This document shows, in pieces, positions 53,502 through 62,791 of a DNA stretch of 64,000 bases. Position 1 is the stretch's first letter. Every line of letters begins with the position of its first letter. The stretch spans positions 4,800,001 to 4,864,000 of the forward strand of contig OZ245002.1 of the NCBI GenBank assembly GCA_965223415.1. Reading direction: 5' to 3'. This DNA comes from Myxococcota bacterium. Its GTDB lineage: Bacteria; Myxococcota_A; UBA9160; UBA6930. The notes under the pieces are model-generated. The model had not been told where the DNA came from. It was given only the letters and a program-made list of their open reading frames with translations, and did not search any database. The position numbers were made by a program, and so were the translations under genes.

Positions 53502-56476
53502 TCGTTCCCCTCGCGAAGGTAGAGCCCGTGGATGCGAAGCTCCGCCGGGCCCGTGCGCTGCTCCTCTCCCTCGGCGCGGAGCACGAGCTCGGAGAGGCCC
53601 TCGTCGGGAAGGCGCACGGCCGCGAGCCGCCGCTCGCCGCGCTCCGCCGTGGGCGGCAGCTCGAGCTCACCGGCGCCCGCCGGCCCGCGCCAGCGGAGCC
53701 CCGCCTGAGCGATGCCACGCGTCGCATACTCGACCACCAGGGTCGCGCCGCCCCGCGCCTCGGACCAGGCCCGGCGCACCTCCGCCGGCCCGCGCCGGGG
53801 CTGGAGGACGAGGTCGCCGTCGCGCTTGGCCAGCCGCGCCCGGTCGCCGCGCAGGGCCCAGCCGTCCCAGGCCTCGTGGAAGTCGTCGTCGAAGCGCAGC
53901 TCGGCCCCGGGTGCGCCGGCGATCCAGGGCGGCGGGGCCGGCAGCTCCTCCCGCGTGCGGGTGGAGGCCTCGTCCGCCTCGTAGTCCAGCTCGTTCCCCG
54001 CCAGGGCCGGACCGATCCATTTCGCTTGCCCGCCGCCGCCGTAGCGCCAGTTCTTCACCTTCTGGTTCAAGCCGACGCGGTTGCCCTGCACCTGGTTGCC
54101 GACCAGCCAGGGCCGCGAGCGGTCCTTCACCTCGAGCCCGGTGACGCACCCGCGGATCGCGTTGTCCTCGATCCAGGGCTCGCTGGCTTCGCCGATCGAG
54201 ATGCCCTTGTCCCCCGAGCCCGTGATGTGGTTGCCGACGATCCGCGGGTCGGAGGTCATCAGGTCGATGGCGTCGTTGCCGGCGGCCTCGAAGCGGTTCC
54301 GGGCGATCACGCCCGTGCTGTAGTCGTAGTCCACTGCATCGGCGTTGGTGCGCCGGAAATGGCTGCCTTCGATGTCGACCTCGGCGTGGACGGCGTTGAA
54401 CGCGTCGTCGGAGCGGAGGTTGTCCTCGAAGGCGCACGCCGAGAAGCGCACGTCCCGGGCCCAGTGGACGTCGACCATGCCCTTGAACTCCACCGCGTCC
54501 AGTTCGGCACCGCCGCCCCTCGCGAAGGTCACGTGGGCGAAGCGGCTGCCGCTGGCCGCGGGTCCCAGCAGGGCCACGGCCCCCCAGGGCCGCGCGGGAT
54601 CCAGGGCCTCGATGCGGATCGGTGCCTCGGCGGTGCCCTCGGCGAGGACGCGCCCCCGCGAGAAGATCGAGACGTCCGGAGCCAGGCGCAGGACCGTGCC
54701 CGGGGCGATGGTGAGGCTGCCGCCCGCTTCGATCCGGATCGTCTCGTGGATCTCCTGCTCTCCGGCCAGACGAAGGGCGCGGGGCTCGGGCTCCGGGAAC
54801 GCCCAGGCGTGGAAGCCGACCGTCGCAGCGGGAGTCGCCGGCGGAAGGAGCGAGGCGGAGATCGGCGAACCCGTGAGGGCGTTCTGGAACACGGGACGCC
54901 CGGGGCCCTCGACGAAGAAGCGGTAGTCGGCCGGCGCCGCCTCGATGCGCCAGGCGGTGGTGTCGGCGGCCGGAAGCAGCCGCAGCGGGAGCGAGACGAG
55001 GGGGTCCGCGTCGTCGAGACGCCCGTTGCGATTGCGGTCGGCGCGAAGCTTCGTCCTGGCGTCGGCCCCTTCCAGCGCCGCGAAGGACACCGCGGCGCGC
55101 CCGCTGACGCGCACGTCCAGCAGGCCGTCGTCTCCGGCCCCCACGGCCACCCGCGCGTCGTCCACCCAGGCCGCGAGCGTCGCGGCATTGGCCTCGAGGC
55201 GCGCCCGCACCTCCGCCGGCGGGGCGAGGTCCGGCACCGTCCCGGAGCGCAGGGCCTCGTAGGCCAGGGGGCCCGCGAAGCGCTCCTCCGCGCGCTCCAG
55301 CCGGGCCGCCACGCCGTCCAGCAGGGTGCCGTCCGAGCGCCTCCGCGCGATCTCGTCCATCACCGCATCGAGGAGCCGCGGGTCCCGCAGGAGCGAGGTG
55401 AAGCCCGTGTTCAGCGGATGCTGGGGCTCCGCATCGAGGGACAGCAGGCGGATGTCCCACACGATCGGGTGCACCCGGCCGCTCGATGGATCCTCGTACC
55501 AGAACTGGTTGTGGAGGTTCGTCATGTGGTACGGGTCGCCGGCCACGAGCAGGAACGCGAGGAGCCGCGCGATCTCCTCCCGGTCGAGGATCTGCCAGGC
55601 CCGGTCCAGCTCCGCCGGGGTGCCCGCCGCCACGGCCGTGAGGAGCCGCTCCAGCCCGGAGGCCGCGGGACGGGTCGGCCGCTCGTTCTTCGCGACCCGG
55701 TCCCAGACCGCCGGGTTGCGCCACAGGTTGCGCTGTACGCCGCGGAAGCTCTCGCCCCGCTCGGCGGTGTCGCCCCGGAACACGTCGCCGGGCATGCGCC
55801 GGAGGCGGCGGAGCAGCGATTCGTCGATCACCTCGGTGGCCCGGAAGAGCCCGTAGAAGCGGTCGTTCACGAAGACCGGCGCCAGGAAGGTCTCCGGCGC
55901 GAGCAGCCCGTAGTGCCCCGCCAGGCCGTTCACCGCCACCTGCTCCACCGGCGTCTTCACCGAGTAGACCAGCCGGCGACGGCCCTTGTAGAGGCGCTTG
56001 CGCGGCGTCTTCAGCGTGAAGGACTTCTTCGGCGTCAGCCAGTGCACGCCGGTGTCCCCGCGCTTGCGCAGCTTGACCGGATGCAGCTCGCGCCCGCGCA
56101 CCACCGACGCCTCGACCCACTCGCCGGACAGGGCGAGCGGTGCGTCCTGCCAGGTGTTCCACACGTCCCGGTCCACGTGCAGTCTCAGCCAACGCGGGTC
56201 GGGGGATTCCGCGTCGAGCCGCAGGCGGAGCGCGAGCGCCTCCGGAAGGTGCGCGAGGGTGGCGATGCGGGCGTCGGCCAACCGGCCCAGGCTCTCGGTG
56301 CGCGTCCACCAGTCCTGGAAGCTCCGGGCGTCGAGGTACCGGGCGACGGGCGTGCCGACCAGGAACGTGAGCACGAGCCAGAGCGGCAGGGAGAGCACGA
56401 AGGCGTCCCATAGCCGGAAGCTCCTCCAGCGCAGCCGGCGCGCGCCGAAGAAACGGGCGCGGTCCCGCGCGATCAC
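53498..56476 (-). CDS. CotH-like kinase fused to a right-handed beta-helix region
   Basis: KLRKRGD..HW...KKSF, YGLF..E.ID, HNQFWY.DP..G..HPIVWD; SDDAFN, DAVDYD, GDKGISIGE repeats. Confidence 0.75.
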   Translation of the reverse strand: MIARDRARFFGARRLRWRSFRLWDAFVLSLPLWLVLTFLVGTPVARYLDARSFQDWWTRTESLGRLADARIATLAHLPEALALRLRLDAESPDPRWLRLHVDRDVWNTWQDAPLALSGEWVEASVVRGRELHPVKLRKRGDTGVHWLTPKKSFTLKTPRKRLYKGRRRLVYSVKTPVEQVAVNGLAGHYGLLAPETFLAPVFVNDRFYGLFRATEVIDESLLRRLRRMPGDVFRGDTAERGESFRGVQRNLWRNPAVWDRVAKNERPTRPAASGLERLLTAVAAGTPAELDRAWQILDREEIARLLAFLLVAGDPYHMTNLHNQFWYEDPSSGRVHPIVWDIRLLSLDAEPQHPLNTGFTSLLRDPRLLDAVMDEIARRRSDGTLLDGVAARLERAEERFAGPLAYEALRSGTVPDLAPPAEVRARLEANAATLAAWVDDARVAVGAGDDGLLDVRVSGRAAVSFAALEGADARTKLRADRNRNGRLDDADPLVSLPLRLLPAADTTAWRIEAAPADYRFFVEGPGRPVFQNALTGSPISASLLPPATPAATVGFHAWAFPEPEPRALRLAGEQEIHETIRIEAGGSLTIAPGTVLRLAPDVSIFSRGRVLAEGTAEAPIRIEALDPARPWGAVALLGPAASGSRFAHVTFARGGGAELDAVEFKGMVDVHWARDVRFSACAFEDNLRSDDAFNAVHAEVDIEGSHFRRTNADAVDYDYSTGVIARNRFEAAGNDAIDLMTSDPRIVGNHITGSGDKGISIGEASEPWIEDNAIRGCVTGLEVKDRSRPWLVGNQVQGNRVGLNQKVKNWRYGGGGQAKWIGPALAGNELDYEADEASTRTREELPAPPPWIAGAPGAELRFDDDFHEAWDGWALRGDRARLAKRDGDLVLQPRRGPAEVRRAWSEARGGATLVVEYATRGIAQAGLRWRGPAGAGELELPPTAERGERRLAAVRLPDEGLSELVLRAEGEEQRTGPAELRIHGLYLREGNE

Positions 56477-57372
56477 GTCGGGTCTCCCGCAAAGGCGTCG
56501 GCGGGCGGCTCCTGCACCCGGGTGCGAGCCTCCAAGCGGGCCAGTCGGTCCCAGTCCGTGAGGTTGCGGCAGGCGCGGCGCACCGTGTCCCACAGCGTGG
56601 CATCCACCGGCTTGAACACGCGCAGGGTCGCCCGCTCTCGCCCGTCCGGGTCGACCCGCCGCTCCAGGGTCTCCAGGGGCGCGGCGGCGGCGAGCTCCCC
56701 CGAGCCCGGATCGAGCAGGAAGGTGTGGGGCGCGCCGTCCGCCTGCACCCATACGTCTTGGGGCTCGCCTCCGCGGACGAGCTGCACCATGCCCCACGCG
56801 TCGAGGTAGCGCTCGTAGGCCGCGACGGCGCCGGCCGCATCACCCCGGTCCGCGTGGTCCTGCACCACGCGGCGAACCGTGGGCAGGTGATTCGGATGGA
56901 TCGCGAGCACCCGCGCCCAGGCCTCGCGGGCCTCCTCCAGCTCGCCGAGCTCCGCCGCCACCTCGCCGTGCAGGGCGTGGAAGGCGAAGTTGCGCGGCTC
57001 GAAGGCGGTGAGCCGGCGGAGGGTCGCGAGGGTGCGCCCCTTCCGCCCCTTCGCCCGGTGAACCCGAGCCATGGCCTCGAGCACCCGAGCGCGCTGGCTG
57101 GCGAGGCCGTGCTTGATGTGGCGGGCCGGGAGCCGGCGATCGAGCCGGAGGAGCATGGCTTCCGCCGCCTCCAGGTCGCCCTCCCCGAGCCGCGTCACCG
57201 CCGCATCCACCCGCAGGGCCCAGGCCGCCTCGGCCCGGTAGCTGACTTTCTTGGCCTGGACCGACACCCAGCCACGCACCCCCGGGACCAGCCAGAGCGC
57301 CAGGGCGCCGGCCACGGCGGCCAGGTACGCCACGGCCAGGGTGCGTTCGTGGCGCCGGAGCCCGCGAAGCAT
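56473..57372 (-). CDS. Membrane-anchored TPR protein
   Basis: N-terminal TM, EPRNF/HPNH TPR motifs; coupled to both neighbours. Confidence 0.7.
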   Translation of the reverse strand: MLRGLRRHERTLAVAYLAAVAGALALWLVPGVRGWVSVQAKKVSYRAEAAWALRVDAAVTRLGEGDLEAAEAMLLRLDRRLPARHIKHGLASQRARVLEAMARVHRAKGRKGRTLATLRRLTAFEPRNFAFHALHGEVAAELGELEEAREAWARVLAIHPNHLPTVRRVVQDHADRGDAAGAVAAYERYLDAWGMVQLVRGGEPQDVWVQADGAPHTFLLDPGSGELAAAAPLETLERRVDPDGRERATLRVFKPVDATLWDTVRRACRNLTDWDRLARLEARTRVQEPPADAFAGDPT

Positions 57373-58067
57373 CAGACGTTGACGCTCTCCTGTCCGACGA
57401 GCAGCACGACCTTCTGGTTGCCGTTGATCGCGCGGATGCCGTTCAGGAGCTCCGTCTGGTCCGCGTCGTCCTTGAGGCGGATCGAGTAGACCAGCTCGAG
57501 GAGTGCGCCACCGCGGATGGTCTCGACGCTCACCAGCGAGTGATCGCGCAGGTGGGCGTAGAAGACCTCGTCGAAGATGCGATGGTGGTCGAGGTTCTCG
57601 GGCAGGTGGACCTTGAGCAGCACCTCCGAGCCGCTGGCGGAGCCGACGTCGAAGCGGTGGAGCACGTAGATCATCGCGCATACGGCCACCGTGAAGATCA
57701 GCGCGGCCTGGAAGAAGCCGGTGCCGGTCGCCATGCCGATGGCCATGGTGATGAAGATGAAGGCAACGTCCCGCGACTCCTTCACCGCGTTGCGGAAGCG
57801 GATGATCGAGAGCGCGCCCACGAGGGCGAAGGCCCGGGCGATGTTCGAGCCGATGATGAGCATGATGATCGACACGGTCACGCTCATCAGGATCATGGTG
57901 TGCACGAACGCCGTGGAGTAGGAGAGCCCGCGGTGGGTCTCCCGGTAGAAGTAGGCGACGACCAGGCTCAGGAAGAAGGCCAGGCCCAGGGCCAGCAGGA
58001 TCTCCCAGGCCGTGAAGCCCGCGTCCACACCGGGTCCGCGTAGCGCCTCGTTGATCCACTCGTCCAT
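57372..58067 (-). CDS. DUF4956-family membrane protein
   Basis: IGSNIARAFALVGALSIIRFRNAVKE.RD..FIF..MAIGM. Confidence 0.88.
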   Translation of the reverse strand: MDEWINEALRGPGVDAGFTAWEILLALGLAFFLSLVVAYFYRETHRGLSYSTAFVHTMILMSVTVSIIMLIIGSNIARAFALVGALSIIRFRNAVKESRDVAFIFITMAIGMATGTGFFQAALIFTVAVCAMIYVLHRFDVGSASGSEVLLKVHLPENLDHHRIFDEVFYAHLRDHSLVSVETIRGGALLELVYSIRLKDDADQTELLNGIRAINGNQKVVLLVGQESVNV

Positions 58068-58145
58068 CGGTCGGCATTCCCTCCCCGTGCCGGCGCGGCG
58101 GCGGCCGGCGGGCGTCGGCCCGGGTGAAGACCCGGAGGCGGCGGC

Positions 58146-58871
58146 TCAGGTGAGCTCGCCGCCAAAGTACTCCTTATCGACCGCCGTGCAGTACTTCGAC
58201 ATGCGAATCATCTGCAGATCGAAGTCGGCGATGAGGCGACAGAGCCACAGCGGCACCGTGTGGTTGTACTTCACCTCGAGGATCGCCTGGTCCGGCGCGA
58301 TCAGGGCCTTGGCCGGCTCGGCCTTGTGCCGCAGGGTGAGATCCTTCGGGTGGAATTGCACCCGGGTGTCGAACGTGATGCGCAGGTCCGACTCGTTGGC
58401 GGCGAAGTAGGCCTGGCGCTGGTAGGAGGTTCCCATGGCGGGTCGAAGATCGTAGTGGCGCCACAGGAAGAGGATCTCCTGGAGCACGCGGTCGTCGGCG
58501 TCGGACAGCTCGCCCTCGGGCAGGGAGCCTTCGAAGAAGACCTCGAGCACCCGCTCCAGGGGCCAGCGGATCCGCCGCTTCTGGAGCGTGCGGTCGATCC
58601 GCTGCTTGATCTCGATCCAGACCTGGTCGCTCTCGCCATAGCGCCGGAAGCGCACCTTCCGACGGAACTTCAGGCCCTCGATCTTCTCCCAGAAGCAGGC
58701 CCACTCGGGCGAATCGGCGTAGATCGAGTAGATCGGGTAGCCGCCGCCCTGCCCGTTGTTCGGATCCGGGACGACGTAGCTGCCGAGGGCGTCGACGAAG
58801 CGACCGATCGTCGCGTGGGGCACGACGTACTTCAGCTCGAGCCGGTTGAAGTCCTTGATCTCTCTGGCCAC
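58146..58871 (-). CDS. VTC-domain (polyphosphate polymerase-like, CYTH fold) protein
   Basis: RLELKY, SIY.D, RRKVRFRRY, EIK, RITFD, ILEVK, SKY. Confidence 0.88.
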   Translation of the reverse strand: MAREIKDFNRLELKYVVPHATIGRFVDALGSYVVPDPNNGQGGGYPIYSIYADSPEWACFWEKIEGLKFRRKVRFRRYGESDQVWIEIKQRIDRTLQKRRIRWPLERVLEVFFEGSLPEGELSDADDRVLQEILFLWRHYDLRPAMGTSYQRQAYFAANESDLRITFDTRVQFHPKDLTLRHKAEPAKALIAPDQAILEVKYNHTVPLWLCRLIADFDLQMIRMSKYCTAVDKEYFGGELT

Positions 58872-58948
58872 GGTCCCTCGCTCGCCCTGGGCATCGGCAG
58901 GCCCGACGGGCGAATGAAGGTAGCGACAGGGCCGGTACCCTCCGGCCT

Positions 58949-60571
58949 GTGAGCTCCGGGGACGCGAAGCGGGCGCGAGCACGGGATGCGGTCCTCGCCG
59001 CGGGCCTCGCGCTTGCGGCCTTCGCGGCGTTCGCGACCGGGTGGCACGAGGGCCTCTACGGAGGCGTCGCCGAGGTGGGCGCGAAGCGGGTCCTGGCAGG
59101 GGACCTACCGTACCGGGACTTCTGGACGATCTACGCGCCGGGGCAGTTCTACCTCCTGGCCGGGCTCTTCCGCCTGCTCGGGCCCTTCTGGTGGGTGAGC
59201 GTCGCGGCGGCCAGCGTCCTCGCCGCCGCCGGTGTCGCCGCGGTGTACGCCGCCGGCCGCTGCGCGGGAGCCGGGCGCGGGCCCGCGCTCGCGGCGGGCC
59301 TCGTCGTGGCGGCGGCGGTGGCCGCCACGCCCTTCGCCCGTTCCTGCGGCAGCTACCCGCCAGCCCTGCCGCTCGTGGTCGGGGCCTGGGCGCTGGCGAT
59401 CCGCGGCGGGCGGCGGGCGCTCCTGGGCGCAGGGGCCTGCCTGGGGCTGGCGGCGCTCTTCAAGCACGACGTCGCCGGCTACGCGGCGGTCGGCATCGCG
59501 GTCTTCGGCACGCTCCGACGACAGGCCGAGGGCGCGCCGCTCCGGGACGGCCTGCGCGCGCCCCTGCCCGTCGCCGGCGGCGCCCTGGCGATGTTCGCGC
59601 CGCCGATGGCCCTGCTCGCCGTCCACGCGGGCCCGGACCTGGTGCAGGATCTCGTCCGCTTCCCCCTCGGCGATTTCTCCGCCTCCCGGCCCGAGCGCTT
59701 CCCGCTCTGGCCCGCGAGCCTGGCCAAGCCGGACGTGCCGATCGTCCTCCGGGCGGTGGATGTCGGCAACAGCCTGGGATTCTGGCTGCCATGGCTGGCA
59801 TGGCTCCCGGTCGCCTGGGCCGCCGCCCGCCGGCCGGCCCGGTGCCCGCTGGCCCTGGGTCTCTTCGCGAGCTTCCTGCTGCACATGCTGGCCGCTCGCG
59901 TGCAGATCAACACCCACGCGATCTCCTGGACCGTCTATCCCGCCCTGGCCCTCGCCGCCCTGTGGCGCCGGGAAGCGCCCCTCCCCTGGCGGGGCGCCGG
60001 GCTCGCGCTGGCGGTGGCTCTGCTGGCGAGCCACGCGGTCGGGCCGGCCGTGCGCGGGCTGACGGATCCGCGCCCGCGGATCGCCCATCCGCTGCCCGCC
60101 GCCGGGGGCCTGCGTGTGCCGGAGCCCCACACCGCCCACCTCGCCCAGCTCGCCGGCTGGGTCGAGCGCACCGTGCCGCCGGACGCGCGGATCTTCGCCG
60201 GTGCCGCGCGCCACGACTCCCTGCTCAACAGCCCGATCCGGCTCTACTTCCTACTCGAGCGCCAGCCAGCCGTCCGCTACCAGGAGCTCCACCCGGCGGT
60301 CGCGGACACCGCTCTGGTGCAGCGCGAGATGATCGCCGACCTGCAAGCGAGCCAGGCGCCCCTGGTCGTCCTGCGCAGCACCGTCTCCGACGCCCACCTC
60401 GACGCCTGGCTCGCCCAGCTGCGCCAGCACGTTCCGGAGGCGGGCGCGACCCTGCTGGATGCCTATCTCGCCTGTGCCTACGAGGAGAAGGAGCGGCTGG
60501 GGCCGTTCCGCGTGCGGGTGCGCCGCGCCGGCGACCGCAGCGGATGCGTCCCGGCGTCACCGGCTCGTTAG
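58949..60571 (+). CDS. Multi-TM protein, probable GT-C glycosyltransferase
   Basis: GDLPYRDFWTIYAPG, LFKHD; multi-TM with soluble C-domain. Confidence 0.65.
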   Translation: MSSGDAKRARARDAVLAAGLALAAFAAFATGWHEGLYGGVAEVGAKRVLAGDLPYRDFWTIYAPGQFYLLAGLFRLLGPFWWVSVAAASVLAAAGVAAVYAAGRCAGAGRGPALAAGLVVAAAVAATPFARSCGSYPPALPLVVGAWALAIRGGRRALLGAGACLGLAALFKHDVAGYAAVGIAVFGTLRRQAEGAPLRDGLRAPLPVAGGALAMFAPPMALLAVHAGPDLVQDLVRFPLGDFSASRPERFPLWPASLAKPDVPIVLRAVDVGNSLGFWLPWLAWLPVAWAAARRPARCPLALGLFASFLLHMLAARVQINTHAISWTVYPALALAALWRREAPLPWRGAGLALAVALLASHAVGPAVRGLTDPRPRIAHPLPAAGGLRVPEPHTAHLAQLAGWVERTVPPDARIFAGAARHDSLLNSPIRLYFLLERQPAVRYQELHPAVADTALVQREMIADLQASQAPLVVLRSTVSDAHLDAWLAQLRQHVPEAGATLLDAYLACAYEEKERLGPFRVRVRRAGDRSGCVPASPAR

Positions 60572-60587
60572 GCGCGGAACGCGCCGC

Positions 60588-61556
60588 TCAGCGGACGCCG
60601 CCGCCGCGGAGGAAGCCGCCCAGGCGCGCTTTCTGCCAGCGGCGCAGCTCGCGGCGGAAGCGCTCGTCCTCGTAGCGGGGATCGCCGCGCAGGGCGGCCC
60701 AGAGGTAGCCCAGCACGATCAGCAGGCCGCCGATCACGTAGGGACGCTCGCGCATGCGAAAGGCGCCGGAGGCGAGCACGTAGAGCGGCGACGAGCCCAT
60801 GAACCACTGGCCCCGGCCCCAGCGGAGACGCCCCCGGTAGATGCTGCGGTCGGACGCGCCCATCGCGCGCAGCTCGGTGATGCGCAGGTTCGGATCGTCG
60901 ATGCTGCGGGTGCGCCAGCCCTCGAGCCGCGCCCGGTGGAAGTCGATGCCGTCCCACATCACCTCCCGCACGAAGCCGCCGATCGCCTCGAAGGCGCGCC
61001 GCCGGTACACCTTGAACTGGCCCGCCACCATCTCGTCGACCATGAAGTTCTCGACGAGGGTGCCGTCGGCGGCCAGGTAGACCTTGCCGCTCGCGGCCGC
61101 GAGCTCCGGGTCGGTCTCGAAGTACTGCATGAGGGTCTCGAGGTAGGTCGGCGGAAACTCGAGATCGACGTCGACCTTGGCGAGGAAGTCGTAGTCGACG
61201 TCGGCCGATCGAAGGCCCTCGTCGAAGGCCTCGATCACCCCGCCGCCCAGGCGCCGGAAGCCCCGGTCCTCACGGCGGATCACGCGGATCCAGTCGTGGC
61301 GCTTGGCCGCCTCCGCGGCGATCTGGGCCGTGCGATCGGTGGACCCGTCGTCGACGATGATCCAGCGCCGCGGGCGCCGGGTCTGGGCGACCATCGCGTC
61401 GATGGTGCGCTCGAGGGTCACCTCTTCGTCCCGGGCCGGAGACACCGCGACGAGCGCAAGGACATCGGCCTCCGATCGCTCCACCTGGGTCGGCTCTCCT
61501 GTCGTCTCAGGCCCGGTCACCGAGCCGGAATGGCTGGCGGCCTGCCCCCTGCTCAT
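60588..61556 (-). CDS. Glycosyltransferase family 2
   Basis: SPARDEE, IVDDGSTD, KVDVD, WDGID; true start may be downstream. Confidence 0.85.
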   Translation of the reverse strand: MSRGQAASHSGSVTGPETTGEPTQVERSEADVLALVAVSPARDEEVTLERTIDAMVAQTRRPRRWIIVDDGSTDRTAQIAAEAAKRHDWIRVIRREDRGFRRLGGGVIEAFDEGLRSADVDYDFLAKVDVDLEFPPTYLETLMQYFETDPELAAASGKVYLAADGTLVENFMVDEMVAGQFKVYRRRAFEAIGGFVREVMWDGIDFHRARLEGWRTRSIDDPNLRITELRAMGASDRSIYRGRLRWGRGQWFMGSSPLYVLASGAFRMRERPYVIGGLLIVLGYLWAALRGDPRYEDERFRRELRRWQKARLGGFLRGGGVR

Positions 61557-61734
61557 CGAGGCAGCATTCGCCGGGCTTGAGGCCTGACCGGCGGGAGTGC
61601 GAGTGTGCCGAATTCGCATCGATTCGTCGTGGCCTGACGGCCACGGGATTTTCCCCTCGATCACCTGGGGTGGATCGTCGTGGCCTTCGAACCGTACGTG
61701 GCCCCGTCCTGCCTCCGGGCTCCCGGCCCGCCCC

Positions 61735-62736
61735 TCAACGGGCCGGCCCCTTGTACTCCAGGAGCGCGGGGGCCCCGCCCATGAGCCGGCGCAGGAAGAA
61801 GCGAAGCGCCCCCGAGGCCTCGGCCGGCTTGCCGAGCATCAGGAACGCCGCATGGAGCCGGGCGTCCGCCGCCCCGTGCCCGGCGCCCCGGAGCCCGCGG
61901 GCCGTGCGCAGCCCCTGCAGGCCGAAGGCCGCCAGCCCGACGGCCAGGGACAGGGCCCCGGTCCACGGAGCGGCTGCGAGGCTCGCCAGCGGCAGCGCGG
62001 CGCCCCAGAAGAGGGCCGACCGCAGCCGGGCGGCCATGAAGCCCTCTCTGCTGGCCCGGTGTCGCCACCAGCCCTCGGCGGCGGCATGGCCCCCGCGCCG
62101 CACCCGCTGCCACCAGCTCCCGAAGGCGTGGATGTCCGCGTCGTGGAGGGTCATCTCCGCAGCCAGCCGCTGGATGCGTCCGCCCTCCCGCCGCAGGCGC
62201 AGGCACAGCTCCGGCTCCTCCCCCGCCACGATCTCGTCGCGGTATCCACCGACCCGGGCCAGGGCCGCGATCCGCATCATCGCGTCGCCGCCGCAGCTCT
62301 CGGCCGCGCCCACCGGCGTGTCCCACTCGAGGTCGCACAGCCGGTTGAAGACCGAGGCCTCCGGGGCGCGCTCTCTCCGGCGCCCACACACGACCACGCT
62401 CTGCGGATCGTCCTCCAGCGCCCGCCGCCCCCGCTCGATCCAGCCTTCGACCACCTCACAGTCGCCGTCGACGAACTGCACCCACTCCGCCTCCGGGGCG
62501 AGGGTGCGCACCCGGGCAAGGCCCTCGTTGCGCGCGCGGGCGGCGGAGAAGGGGCGCGCGGGGTCCAGCTCCACCACGTCGCTGGCGAAGGCCCGGGCCC
62601 GCTGGGCGCTGCCGTCGCGGGAGCCGGAATCGACGTAGACGATCGGCTCGCAGCGCCCGGCGAGCGAGCGGAGGCAGCGCACGAGGCGTTCTCCCTCGTT
62701 GCGCCCGATCACGACCGCCGCCGGCTCCGCACTCAC
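61735..62736 (-). CDS. Glycosyltransferase family 2
   Basis: VVIGRNEG, YVDSGSRDGS, FVDGDC, GEEPELC. Confidence 0.88.
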   Translation of the reverse strand: MSAEPAAVVIGRNEGERLVRCLRSLAGRCEPIVYVDSGSRDGSAQRARAFASDVVELDPARPFSAARARNEGLARVRTLAPEAEWVQFVDGDCEVVEGWIERGRRALEDDPQSVVVCGRRRERAPEASVFNRLCDLEWDTPVGAAESCGGDAMMRIAALARVGGYRDEIVAGEEPELCLRLRREGGRIQRLAAEMTLHDADIHAFGSWWQRVRRGGHAAAEGWWRHRASREGFMAARLRSALFWGAALPLASLAAAPWTGALSLAVGLAAFGLQGLRTARGLRGAGHGAADARLHAAFLMLGKPAEASGALRFFLRRLMGGAPALLEYKGPAR

Positions 62737-62791
62737 CGTGGAAACCTACTGATCGCGCCGCGACCCGCCCGGGAAGCGGGGGGAAGCGCTT

